Origin: Octopus vulgaris
Taxonomy: Eukaryota
Direction of reading: 5' to 3'
Assembly (NCBI GenBank): GCA_951406725.2
Contig: OX597818.1
Location: 33,914,001 to 33,978,000 of the forward strand
Length of the DNA stretch: 64,000 nt
Under the pieces are notes generated by a model, which made no database searches, was not told the DNA's origin, and saw only the letters and a list, made by a program, of their open reading frames with translations. This document shows positions 12,310 through 25,864 of the stretch, one piece after another. Made by a program: the position numbers and the translations under genes. Numbering within the stretch: position 1 is the stretch's first letter; the number at the start of each line of letters is the position of its first letter.

Positions 12310-12863
12310 GATAACGTGGATATTCTACTTAGATGCGTATAACTTAACTCCAATTGCAATGTCTTCACTACTAACCAGCAAATAAGCCATCTTCGCACCA
12401 CCAATTTCGCTAATGACTAACACCCCTGCTAATACCGCCCAGCAGCTAACACTGCACCAGCGCCATCACTACGATTAGAACCACTACCACGAATGCCATG
12501 CCATAACAATCATCTAACTAGTCACCACCAGCACTACCACCACCGCCACCATTGCCGTCAGTACTATACGCACCAACGCCCTCCTTCCCCATGTAATATC
12601 AATCTTACTGTGACATGACCAGCACCAACATTACTAGCAACAAAAAACAACAACAATAATACCATCAATAACACAATCACCAACGAACACCATCACCACC
12701 ACCTCCACTTACATTAACTCAACCACGCATCCTATCACCCCTACAACCACTGCTTACCAATTCTTCACCTTCAATAGGATTATAATGGTTTCCTTGCCAT
12801 TAAAAACGTCACCAAAATCTTTATAATACAAAGAGAAATATATACGTGAATACATACACACAT

Positions 12864-13022
<159 letters not shown>

Positions 13023-13417
13023 ATGTGTGCGTGTATACATATATGTGGCTTGTGTATGTATATACACGCAGAGTCACACATACACGCCACACACACACAC
13101 ATACACACACATATAGGGAAAACAAACAAAATCCTTTAAAAATAGCTTGATAGTTTTAAAGGCTTTATTTCTCCTTGTTACAGGATTGTCGTAAAACGGG
13201 GTTACACATAAGGTTAGGTGAAAAGCAACAACAACAACAACAACAACAACAACAAAATGTTAGGAACGAAACATAATGCGTTTGTGCTCTTTTATTAATT
13301 CCTATGGTTTATGGAGTTGAAAGCAGTGGGTAATGCTGTCACATATAAACACACACACATATACATACATGTATGTATATATGTGTATATATATATGCAT
13401 ATATATATATATATATA

Positions 13418-13528
<111 letters not shown>

Positions 13529-14101
13529 AATAATATATATATATGTATTCAATTATATATTTGTGTGTTTTTATATCTATATTATTTGTCTATCTTTATA
13601 TCACATTTTATATTATTATATTATTTTATTTCGAGAGGAAATGGTGGACTCACCGTTACCACCACCACCACCACGGCTACCACATTTTTATTTTTATAAT
13701 ATAAACCATTATTTGATTTTGTTGTTGATTATTTTAGGTGGGGGTTGAAGTTTTTCTCTTTGTTCTGTTTGGGGTTATTTCTACATTTGTTCTGATTGTA
13801 TAGAATTTGACATTGTTCATGTTATTGTTTTTCTTGTGGTTTTATTATTATTTCTTAGTAATGGTAGTTGATGGTCGATTTTACATTATTTATTTTGTAT
13901 ATATTTATTTTTATTTTATTCTATTTTATTATCGCCATTTTGGTGAGCGGAGTGGATGGGTTTTCGATGGCTGTTGTCTTGAAACGCCTCGATTATAAAT
14001 CAGTAGCAAACGTTTCACCACTTCTTTATTCATTTATTTAGTTATATTGGCAATATTATTATTATTACTGTTGCTGTTATTATTATTATCATCATTATTA
14101 C

Positions 14102-14188
<87 letters not shown>

Positions 14189-14250
14189 CATCATCACCAT
14201 CATCATAATCAACATTTTTATATGCATATATATGTATATATATGTATATA

Positions 14251-14357
<107 letters not shown>

Positions 14358-15242
14358 TTATTTATATGTGTGTGTGTATGTATGTATGTATGTATGTATG
14401 TATATACGTATGTATGTGTGTCGATATAGATGCATACATATGTGCGTGGGGGGGACTGTGTCTGTGTTTTTGTTGTAGGAACATCGCATCGGTCCACTGG
14501 CGAAAAGGAGCCTGACCTAGAGTTCATTTCACTCGAAAACATTAGCGAACGAAAGAAAAGAAGCAAAAAAAATGTGAAAGTAGAATGACAGACAAATAAC
14601 AAAGAAGAATAAGAAAAAATAGTGATAAAAGAAAAAAAAGTGAATGAAAAGACGGAAGAAGGAAACAAAATGGAGTCGAATAAAGAAATAACAGAATGTA
14701 AAATGTAAAAAGGAACTGTTAACATACCAAGCATAAAAGAACATTTTAATAGTCCTCTTTTAAACATGTGCATGCAAATGAGTTTGTGTGTGTATGTTTG
14801 GTTGTTTGTGTGCGTGTGTGCACGCGCGCAATTTGTTACTTTAAATTTTTGCGTCAGGCACCATGATGTGACGACATTTGTGCGTGCCGGAAGCTGCAGC
14901 CATATAAAAGGATTGAAACGGCCATTGCGTGTTGCATTCGGAAAGACATTCTCCTTTTGCTGAGATGCGCTGCATTAAGTCACAAGAGGCAACCATATAT
15001 ATATATATATATATATGTGAGTGTGTGCCTCTGTGTGCGTGTATGTGTGTGTGTGCGTGTGTGTGCGTGCGTGTATGTGTTGGACAGACACCTTCAAGTA
15101 AACTAGAGTACGTTGATCCCTTTTAAGTTTTTTTATAGAAAAAAATTTTGCTTTATTTTAACACATACTCCCTCACACACATATACCCGCATGCACACAT
15201 ATACACAACACGCCCTCTCTCTCTCACACACACATACACAAC

Positions 15243-15278
<36 letters not shown>

Positions 15279-15315
15279 CGTCCGTATGTATATAGAAACG
15301 CCTGTGTACAAAAAT

Positions 15316-15369
<54 letters not shown>

Positions 15370-16815
15370 GTAGTCAAACATTTATAGACATACACTCACG
15401 TATACGAGTATATATACATGCGCACACGTGCAGACGCATGGAACGCATCTCAAGATATAAAAATCGCTTCTTAATACACACAATCAACCAAACACACATT
15501 CAACCAAACGCACACACAACGATTCGCAAAAACACACACCACAAAACGCTTACAAGGAAAAGCAAACACGCGAGCACATTAATAATGCACCCCCTCCTTC
15601 CCAAACACATGCTCATGAAATAATACTTATCTATGCACGCTCGCTCATAAGCTACTACATGCTAATGGACATACATTAAAAATACAAAATGAACATATAT
15701 AACACAAATATACACACATACACTGATGTGCGTACTTATATACGTTTATAGGAGAGCCCCGCCAGTACGATTAAACAAATAAACTACTCTATATCAAAAT
15801 ATCAACAAATCTTTCTGATTTTATATAGTTTAATGGAGAAAAAAAATGCAAGCTTTTAGAAACAAGCATTTTAATGCCAATGCTCTTTGTGTACATAAAT
15901 GCGTAAATATATAAGTGTATTAGTGTGCATGCATATGGAATTGTGAGTCTGTGTAAGTATTGTGTAAGTCTATTTCTGTCTTTGTGTGTGTATTTGTAAG
16001 AATATATTCAAGTATGTATGAGATGCTAGAATGGAAAAGTGTACATATTTGGTTAAGAAAGATTAATGGAGAAAATACTCTAGGGCGTGCTCTGCATGGA
16101 AGCCAAAATATAAGGTTGCTTCTAATATAGTTAGTTTTGAATGAACCAAGAAATTTAGATTTATAAAGATTACACCCGGCCATCACAAGCTTCCGTCCTT
16201 GTTGTTGTTGCGCAGCTTGTGTGTGTCAATAAGAACTATGTCACCAGAGAGCAAGCTTCTGGCATGGCCTCCTATGTTGGACAGGTCAAAGAACAGAGGG
16301 CCAAACTAATATGGCCCACCTATTCCTAGAGATAAAAATGGGTTTGCCAAAGGCCAACACCCCTACCTACAAAAAAGTAATATTACAGAAACATCGATCA
16401 TTCACAACCAACAAAACAGGAAAGAAAGGCAGCTGTTGATGTCTTATTCCCCAAAGGGGAGCAAAGGGCTTATTATGAATTTTAACTGGGGTGAAATAAT
16501 AGAATAATTATCTTAACAGTTCATTCTAGTAAACAATAAAGGTTAATGAAGCCAAACTGCAAGTTCAAGTCTTTCTCTGTAAATTTTGAACGGATATGAA
16601 TACACCTATTTACAGGCAATGTGCACAGAAAACGGATAAAGATTTTACTGACATAATTTACAATTGAAAATCCGTTGACCACTCAGGTACCCATCTGTAC
16701 TTCTAGTGACATTATCTTACTAAACTCTGACACACAATAGAATACATGAACGAAGATATTAATTTGACTGTCGTACATTTATGGACACACACAACCATAC
16801 ATGTGTATGTGGGTG

Positions 16816-16892
<77 letters not shown>

Positions 16893-17129
16893 ACGCTTGT
16901 GCGAAGCAAACATTAGGTAAAGGAATTCACCAATATTTGCTTTTGTTGTTCAAATACATGAAACATGCCATTATGATTTATTTGTATTAGCTCACTTTCG
17001 TTTAAATCATACATATATAAATACACGTGTATGTGTATAAATGTATGTATGTATATGTATGTGTGTGTACATGTATGTATGTTATGTATGTATATATATA
17101 TTTGTATATGTATATATATTTGTATACAT

Positions 17130-17392
17130 ATATCATCATTATCATCATTGTTCGACCGTGGTCGAGACAATGGAATTTACCATGTTGCGCCAGACTTCAC
17201 GGTCCATCATAGCATTACGGAGGTCCTGTTGCTGGATGCCTGTATCCCTGGAGATTACATCAGGGTAGGAGAGTGTGCGCCCTCTGGTGTTGCGAGTAGA
17301 TGGCTTCCAAAGGAGAAGAGTAGAAATTACTTCTTTTTCAGCTCTACAACAATGTCCAGCAAACTGGACTCTCCTACCTTTCACAAGAGATG
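17130..17392 (-). mobile_element. 3' end of RTE-clade LINE
   Basis: ORF VQFAGHCCRAEKEVISTLLLWKP..DREVWR, very similar to 63355-63633; (GAT)n tail. Confidence 0.85.
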
Positions 17393-17559
17393 ACATATAT
17401 ACACATGTTCATATATGTGTACGCATATATATATATTTATATGAACCCATCAAATATATCTGTGAATACATATGTACGTAGACAGGTTTTCGTGTATGTA
17501 CGTATGTTTGCATGCATGTATACATTTACGAATTATATGGAAATGTATGAACTAATAAT

Positions 17560-18413
17560 TCTACATGAAATGATATATTTCGATTCTACCAATATCGACC
17601 TACAGATAGGCATGGTATAATTCTCATTAAACATTGACGATATCTCTGTAATTATCAAAGATAAGGATATCAGATATCAAGCTGGATTATATCATAATTA
17701 TATCTTGTGATATTTATCATAAACATTGTAAACCATTACACAGTAAGGGTGTGCGTGAGTGTGCATGGATGCATTGGCGTTCGCTCTTGTCAAGCTCTTT
17801 GCCGCGCCCGGGGGTATTGGTGGAAGGGTGAGACTGGGGAATGTGGTGGCAGTCATGGTAGGGCGCGCAGGTACGACAGGATATACTTCCTTTCATGTTG
17901 GCAAGGGTTAAAGACTCCACTCCTGCTATTCAAGTAAATATCCGGGAATTGGCTACCCTTTAAAATTGTTCACTTCTCAGCCAGGCACAAACTGCACTTC
18001 CTGCTGCTATTGAAGTACGGTTTGCATTTCTCCAGGATCTTCTCCTTTATGCTGTACTCTATAGCGCTTTCTTTCAAAGACCAAAGTGCTTGGCTATGGT
18101 TGTGGTGTTACGACTCTCCGGCATGTTGAAGGAAGACTTGTGGCTGTTTAAGTGGGTTCTGAAGGGGCCTTCCGTTGCCCCAACGTACACTCGCACGATC
18201 GTTTGCCAATTGGGGCTTATGGCTGTTACCTCTGCTTCGTATACAACTGTTTCCGTGTTACAGTGGGCGTTCAGCGGACAAGTTGTGTTACCCCTGCATG
18301 AGAATCCTGCTTCTGTCTCGGGTATACCTACTAAAATCTTTTTTTACACTAGGTGCACAGTTAAAGGATATTCTCAGATTAGTACGGGGGAAGTGTATAT
18401 CAACTACATATGT

Positions 18414-18414
<1 letters not shown>
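17560..18414 (-). mobile_element. Penelope-like element 3' part with GIY-YIG endonuclease pseudogene (17853-18414)
   Basis: Frameshifted translation FSCRGNTTCPLNAHCNTETVVYEAEV..VYVGATEGPFRTHLNSHKSSF..WSLK..KCSLCLAEK*..LNSRS..PCQH; abuts (TA)n. Confidence 0.85.
17568..17635 (-). ncRNA. Decayed minimal hammerhead-like motif downstream of the PLE endonuclease
   Basis: TTAATGA (decayed CTGATGA), stem II GAATTATACCA/TGGTAGAATC, GAAA, palindromic ATATAT, ATC site; stem I weak. Confidence 0.45.
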
Positions 18415-18496
<82 letters not shown>

Positions 18497-19161
18497 CATA
18501 CATATACATATATATATGACTATTATATCTTACCTTAAAAAAGAGAAGGAAATTAAACATTTATTTCACTTGATTTAATTTTTTTTTTATATTTTTCTTA
18601 TGAATGAATGACTCTCTCATTCTTTATCTGCCTCTCTCTCCCTCTCTTCTCAATAATCTCTCTTTCTCCTTTCTCTGTCTTCTCCTTTCTCTGTCTTCTC
18701 CTCCCTCTCTCTCTCTCTTTCTCTCTCTCTCTCTTTCTCTCTCTTCCTTGCTCTTTTCTGCTAAATACTGTATTTCTCAAAGCTTGTACACTCCCAATAT
18801 TGTCATTTTCAAGGTCACCGCATATAGCCAATAACACTCGTGTCCTTCATAATAATCACCAGACAAGAGTTCACAAATTCTGAGACTATATTATATTGAA
18901 TCAGACTGGTTTTATTAATGATACCCATTCTATGAAGTTGGTAGTGTTGAAATTATCATGTCACTTACGACAAAAATATGTGGACGTCTAGGTTTTTTAA
19001 TCCATGCTCCGGTACACAAGCATAAGGAATTTTGTCATGTACGATATTAATCGAGGATTTCAGCAACAGAAAGACAATTAATTAAAGAATATACACATAC
19101 ACGTATACATGCATATTTAACAATATATACACGTGCGCGTGAGCACGCTCAGGCACACACA

Positions 19162-19216
<55 letters not shown>

Positions 19217-19340
19217 GAGTACATACATACATACATACAAACATACATACACACATACATATGGTGAAGTTAATATATTCCAAGTGAACGTCATTTTGGC
19301 TTTTATTGTTTTGGTATTTGTTATATTTATTTTTTATTTG

Positions 19341-19416
<76 letters not shown>

Positions 19417-20373
19417 TTGTATGTATGTATATCTACATGTATATGTATATCTATATGTATATATATATGTATATATATGTGTGTATATATATATATATAT
19501 ACATATGCCTATATATATATGTATATGTATAGATATATATATATATGTTTATATGTATGTGTATGTATACATTTACACACACCCATATATACATACATAC
19601 ATACATACATATATGCAAACATACGTACGTACGTACGTACGTAAATACTTGGAACCCGCTCGGCACTGTGATAAAGATGTTGGCATTCACGCGGTCCAGA
19701 TTCCATCCTCCTGCACAGAAACTTAGAAAAGTTTCTTCTACTGTAGACTTAATCTTGACTAATACATCTTAAATTGTATTTGATAGAGAAAAAATGCGCC
19801 TCAAACAGCAGTAATTATCTATGTGCATTTATTTGCTGTCACGCGCTAAAGAGACAGTATGGAAGTAGGAAGTTGTCAGTGGATAAATAAAGTGAGAGCA
19901 ATGGAAAACATATTCTGTAATGGACAGGCGTCCCGTCCAGGATGTGGTGGTGGGAGCGTATATACACCAGAGAACACGGGAAACCAGCGTTATGAGGCTA
20001 TGGCTCTGGAAGGACCTTTGATACTTTGAATAGAAAATATAATGGAGCAGATGGGGCTTTTATCTGTTATGTTTGTTTAAAATAGCAAACAAGGGAAGAT
20101 TGATTGAGAGAATTTAAATTGAGAAGTTAGAGGTACAACAACGGTCGTAGAAAATTAAGGTGTACAAAAATTTAGTGGATAACAGGACTTACTTTTGTTA
20201 TAGGTGTGTGTTTGCATGTATCTATATATGCAACACTGAGATGTTCACACAAGAACATCTTGAAAACTGGGTGCTCTGAAAGTTACTTTCCTACAGTTTG
20301 TTCCTTGTTACAGAAATAGCAACAAACTTTTAAATGAAAGCACAAAACACTTTTAATGTTAGGCATTGAAATA

Positions 20374-20840
20374 AAGGTGGTGATCTAATAGAATTGTTAC
20401 CGCGCCTAAGGTGACGAGCAAGCAGAATCGTTAGCGCGCCGGGCGAAATGCTTAGCGGTATTTCGTCTGCCGCTACGTTCTGAGTTCAAATTCGGCCGAG
20501 GTCGACTTTGTCTTTCATCCTTTCGGGGTCGATTAAATAAGTACCACTTACGCACTGGGGTCGATACAATCGACTTAATCCGTTCTGTCCTTAATTGTCC
20601 CCTCTGTGTTTAGCCCATTGTGGGCAATAAAGAAAGAAGAATTGTTACTGCGCCAGATAAAAGTTTTAGTTACATTTCTTCCAGATATTTTCATTGTGCG
20701 TTCAAATTCTGTCGTGATCTGATTTCTCCATACCATTTAAATGGCGATAAAATGAGTATCATTTGAGTACTATGGTTGATTTAATCGACTTAGTCCAACC
20801 TCAAATTCCTGGCCTTTTGTCAAAATTAGAAAGAATATTT
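20374..20840 (+). mobile_element. Young family A SINE (20408-20637) nested in an old family A copy
   Basis: TSD AGAATTGTTAC(C/T)GCGCC at 20390-20406 and 20638-20654; the two flanks join into a diverged family A sequence. Confidence 0.8.
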
Positions 20841-20952
20841 ATGGTTGAAGTATGTGTGATATGAAGAGATTTAAGAAAGGTTAATATAAACCAATAAGTA
20901 TTTTGGTGATGTGAGTTTTTTCTTCACTGTTGTGGTGTAAATTTTGAGCTTT

Positions 20953-21266
20953 GTGAAGGTGCGTAGCTTAGTGTTTAAGGCATTCAGCTCATGGTCGTAA
21001 GGTTGTGAGTTCGATTCCTAGTGTCGAGCTGTGTCCTGCAGTAAAATGCTTCATTTCATGTTGCTCCCATCCACTCGGCTAGCAAAAATAAGTTGTACTT
21101 GTATTTTAAAGGGCCAGCCTTGTAACAATCTGTGTCACGATGAACCTCTCAAAGAAGTACGTTAAAGGTACATGTGTCTATGGAGTGCTCAGCGTTAATT
21201 TCACGTACTGGCGGTTTCGTTAATCCTGTTAACTGGAATCCTTTTCGTCGTAACCGACTGAGTGCC
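20953..21266 (+). mobile_element. tRNA-derived SINE family C
   Basis: Colinear with the reverse complement of 7933-8265; GAGTTCGATTCC B box. Confidence 0.8.
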
Positions 21267-21563
21267 AATATACGTAGCAATAACGGAATTTAGCCATCAA
21301 CTAAATCAGTCTGGTTGTGTTTGAAGGAAGAAAAGTTTGTCAGATTATCAAGGATAGGTGAGTAACCTAGAGCATTGTTCACAAGAAGTATGATTGTATT
21401 GTCTAAGTCCCTAGCCTTCGTCTTAACATTTTGTTATCTGAGTAGTAACACCTAGCAACCCAAACTTAGAACAACTGTGCTGTATATCCATTCCTTTATA
21501 TTTGATAACCATATAACAGGAACATAAGATTCAGAGTAAATTTTTATTGTTACAAGTGTTTCA

Positions 21564-21989
21564 TATTTCTTTATTGCCCACAAGGAACTAAACATAGAAG
21601 GGACAAAGAAGGACAGACCAAGCGATTAAGTCGATTAAGTCGATTATATCGACCCCAGTGCGTAACGGGTACTTAATTTGTCAACCCTGAAAGGATGAAA
21701 GGCAAAGTCGACCTCGGCGGAATTTGAACTCACAACGTAGCGGCAGACGAAATACTTATTTCTTTACTACCCACAAGGGGCTAAACACAGAGAGGACAAA
21801 CAAGGACAGACAAACGGATTAAGTCGATTATATCGACCCCAGTGCGTAACTGGTACTTATTTAATCGACCCCAAAAGGATGAAAGGCAAATTCATCCTCG
21901 ACAGAATTTGAACTCAGAACGTAGCGGCAGACGAAATACCGCTAAGCGTTTCGCTCGGCGTGCTAACATTTCTGCCAGATCGCCGCCTT
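21564..21989 (-). mobile_element. Family A SINE dimer (full unit plus head-truncated unit)
   Basis: Junction at 21755/21756; flanking direct repeat AGTGTTTCA at 21555-21563 and 21994-22002. Confidence 0.9.
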
Positions 21990-22369
21990 TATTAGTGTTT
22001 CAGAATGGTAAACAGCCAGTGGATTGAACTTTAGATAGGAAGCATCACCATAAATTAGAATAGCCATAATATTTTTGGTAGCTTGAACCCTGATGTAGAA
22101 TTTGTTTCTTCTTTGTAAATGTAAATTCTTTTTTGGCAATCATTTCCAAAACATATTTGTTTCATTTACGTTTTAAGAATTGCTGTGGTGTGTATCATCT
22201 TTCAGCAATAACATTTTTCATTAACGTTGTCAAAGCAGCTGCAGCTATTTTGTCAGCATTCAGTTATCTGTAAGTTACGGAATTTTTAATGGCTTTCGAA
22301 AGATCAAATTAACAAAGATTTGCCACGAAGTTTTCACTTTCGGCATTAGAAGCGCTATTTTTATCTCTT

Positions 22370-22870
22370 ATGTCTTTTTTACTTGCTTTAGTCATTGGAC
22401 TGCGGTCAGCCTGGAGCAGCGCCTTGAAATTTTAAGTCGACAAAGACTACCCATTAACGCTCATTCTATCACTTTGGCCGACCCACTAAGATACGGGGAA
22501 ATAAACAAACCGGCAGCTGTTGTCATGCGTCATTGGGGACAAATACAAACACGAAAGCACACACATTAGCATATTATATGCGCGCGCACAAACATGCACA
22601 CGTGCAAAGATGCACGCGCGTGCGTACACACAAACACACACACGCAACCATAAACATGCGCACGCACGCACGCACGCGCGCGCAAACATACACACACACA
22701 TATACACATGCACACACATGACCGGCTTCCACACAATTTTCCTTTCCCAAATTTACTCACAGGTCACCAGTCGGCATGGTGGTTTAGTAAAAGATACTTT
22801 CCCAAGGTACAGCGCCATGAGACTGAACCCGAAACCATATGGTTCCAAATCGAGCTTCTTAACCTTATAG
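22370..22870 (-). mobile_element. Diverged SINE family B
   Basis: Reverse complement contains the family B head (GGTTCAGTCTCA), internal (CA/CG)n and the GGCGCTGCTCCAG..CCGCAGTCCAATGACT tail. Confidence 0.7.
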
Positions 22871-23578
22871 TTTTGCCTTTTAGGTCATGAAATAATCTTA
22901 AAACTTTCATTTGTATGACAAATGGCGAACATGGAGAATGACATAAATGCATGTTCGCCAACTTTTTGTTTAGAATTATCTCCATAATATCCATTATCCT
23001 GCTTTTATTCTTAATTAAATATATAACAGATAAATGTGTTACGTTTCGAGCAAAAGTTTTAATTATTTCAGTATTATTGCGATCTGTTCGTCCACTTGTT
23101 TGATGTAGACTAAGAGAACTCCCTATATCTACAGCTTGCTATCAACTGTCCAAACACAGTAACTAACAGCTTGCTCTCCACTGGCCGAACACAGTAAAGC
23201 TTTTCATTTATATTCCCTCCTTAATTATTTTCTCTATTGTTTTATCTTTGCTTTATTTCTTTTCTTCGTACCCACAGCTGTCCGTAGTGCTTTTTTGGCT
23301 GTCATTCCGAATGGAATAAATCGATGAATAAGTATTTACTGAAGCTGAAATTGTAAGGAGCAACTGCTGCTATCACTTATTTCAAAACCAGACAATACCA
23401 AAAACAGAATAGTTTCTAATCTCCAAGACTTCGTAAATATTTTCACCGCTGGACAACTTTGTTTTAATTTCTACATTTCATCATGTCATGCCCTCTCTTT
23501 CTCCTCTCTCTCTCCCTCTCTTCCCCTCTCTCTCTTCTCTCTCTCTCTCTCTCTCTCACTCTCTCTCTCTCTCTCTCT

Positions 23579-23613
<35 letters not shown>

Positions 23614-23617
<4 letters not shown>

Positions 23618-24859
23618 GTTGTCTCACATGAAATGTATTTTAAATCGATTTCTTATGAGTCATCTATAAATGGATTTTTACTGAGTTTCTATGTATATGC
23701 TTGTGTTTACTCTTAACTATTTTTCTTTCTAAACAATACTATTACTCAAAATTGCTACCCACAGCTCTTATGACAATGTTGGCAACTGAACAATACCGAG
23801 TCATTTTCTTGTACGAATACAAGTTGGGTCACTCTGTCACCGAAGCTCTACGAAACATCAAGCGGGCTTTTGGTAACGATTCTGTTGACAATAGAACTGT
23901 TCTGAGATTATTCCAAAGATTTCGTTCAATGAAAGCCTTAAAAATGAACCAAGATGGAAACCAAAATCAGTTACACAACTTGAATTGAATGATTTGATTA
24001 CACAGAATCCGAGAACAAAAATCGTATCAGAGCACCGGACATCTCCCGCAACTGCTTCTCGACTCTTGAAGTAAATTGGAAAAGCCAAAAAGATGGATAG
24101 ATTTGTTCCCCATAAACTTAATGACATTCGGAGAAACAGACGCCTTACAGTCTGTTCCATGCTGATTTCCCGTTTGGAAAAGAACCATTTTTGTATCAAC
24201 TCATAACGTGTGATGAGAAATGGATACTCTTTGATAACAGCAGGAGGATAGGACAGTGGTTAGGTGCAGGAGAGTCATCAAAACACTAACCGAAACTAAC
24301 ATTGCTCCCTAAAACGTTGTTGGTCGCTGAATGGTGTCAACAAAGAGGGTTATTCATTTATTCTCTTTTGCAACAAGGAAAACTTGTAACAGCAACACCC
24401 TATTGTCAAAAAATTGATTGTATGCATCAAATTTTTTTTTAAAAAAGCAACCCAGATTACTGAATAGAGATGGCCCAATTTTGCTTCATGATAATACACG
24501 GCTTCACACATCTCAAGCTACGGTCCACAAGTTGCAAAGCCTGAATTATGAAATTTTGGCACATCTTCCTTATTCTCCTGGTGCCTATTGATTATCACAT
24601 ATTTAAACACTTCGAGCTGGCTATATGCAATAAAACATTCTTAAATAAAGAAGAGGTAATTGAAGCATTCGAACAGTTTATCAGTGTAAAAAGATGATAA
24701 ATTCTTTGAAGATGGAATATATGCTTTAGAAGAACGTTGAATGAAGGTCATAAATGAACATGAATCATGCTTTGATTAAATAAATAAATATTCTAAAACT
24801 TACAAAATAATTTTAATGTTTCCTTTTTCAAATGTGACATTTCATGTGAGACAACCTAA
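23614..24859 (+). mobile_element. Full-length decayed mariner transposon
   Basis: TIRs TTAAGTTGTCTCACATGAAATGT / ACATTTCATGTGAGACAACCTAA, TA on both sides, about 1.25 kb. Confidence 0.95.
23770..24779 (+). pseudogene. Mariner transposase pseudogene
   Basis: YRVIFLYEYKLGHS HTH start, FVPHKL (WVPHEL-like), TCDEKW, LLHDNTRLH, HLPYSP..DYHIF; multiple stops and frameshifts. Confidence 0.9.
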
Positions 24860-25238
24860 TATAGATATCTTTGTTCTAATTTCTTATAATTCATATTTAA
24901 TATAAAATTTGAACAAATAGAACAGCAAAAATCATTGTGTTAGCGGGAAGCGAAAGAAAGGTATTTTACGCAGAGGATATCAAAGGAAGTAAAGTTTCTT
25001 CAGAGAATTTTGGGTGGATTAAAACAGATCAAACGAATTCTGACTTGCAAGCGTATTAACTCATATCTGTTAGAAAAAATTCCTTTCTTCATTTTCCTCT
25101 TCGTTGTATATTTTATATTTTATTTATTATTTTAATATCTTAAATTAGATACATTTTCATGGAGTAGGTGGTAGATCCTGGAATAAAAGAATTTGAATGT
25201 AACTTATATTGAATAAGTATACATAGATGGACGGATGG

Positions 25239-25400
<162 letters not shown>

Positions 25401-25448
25401 GCATATATACATATATATGTATGTATTTGATATTTATGCATATATGTA

Positions 25449-25483
<35 letters not shown>

Positions 25484-25814
25484 TTACAGAAATACCTATT
25501 ACCCCCTCTTTTCTTTTCGGGTTACCTTTAGCTTTTCCCTGCCTCTAATTTTACTCTCCTGTCTCTTTATATGTAGATTATATATATTTCTTATTATTTT
25601 CTATAAATTCTTATTATTTTGTTGTCTTATTTTGATATCCTTACTTATTAACCTCTAATCCCTTATAAATTGTTATTTCTCTTGTTCTTAAATTGATATT
25701 TTTCAGTTACTTAAGTCTATGCAAGATACTTATACTATATCCATATAAGTATATAAATATTTGTGTATATGCATATATGCATATATGTACATATATACGT
25801 GTGTGTGTGTGTGC

Positions 25815-25864
<50 letters not shown>

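Noticed and set aside
14478-14590. Possible plus-strand terminal exon ([26 protein letters not shown])
   Set aside because: Only an acceptor-like AG; no recognisable homology or partner exon.
16230-16470. RTE 5'-UTR-like segment as an HDV-like or twister ribozyme
   Set aside because: Could not map the required pseudoknot pairings; too decayed.
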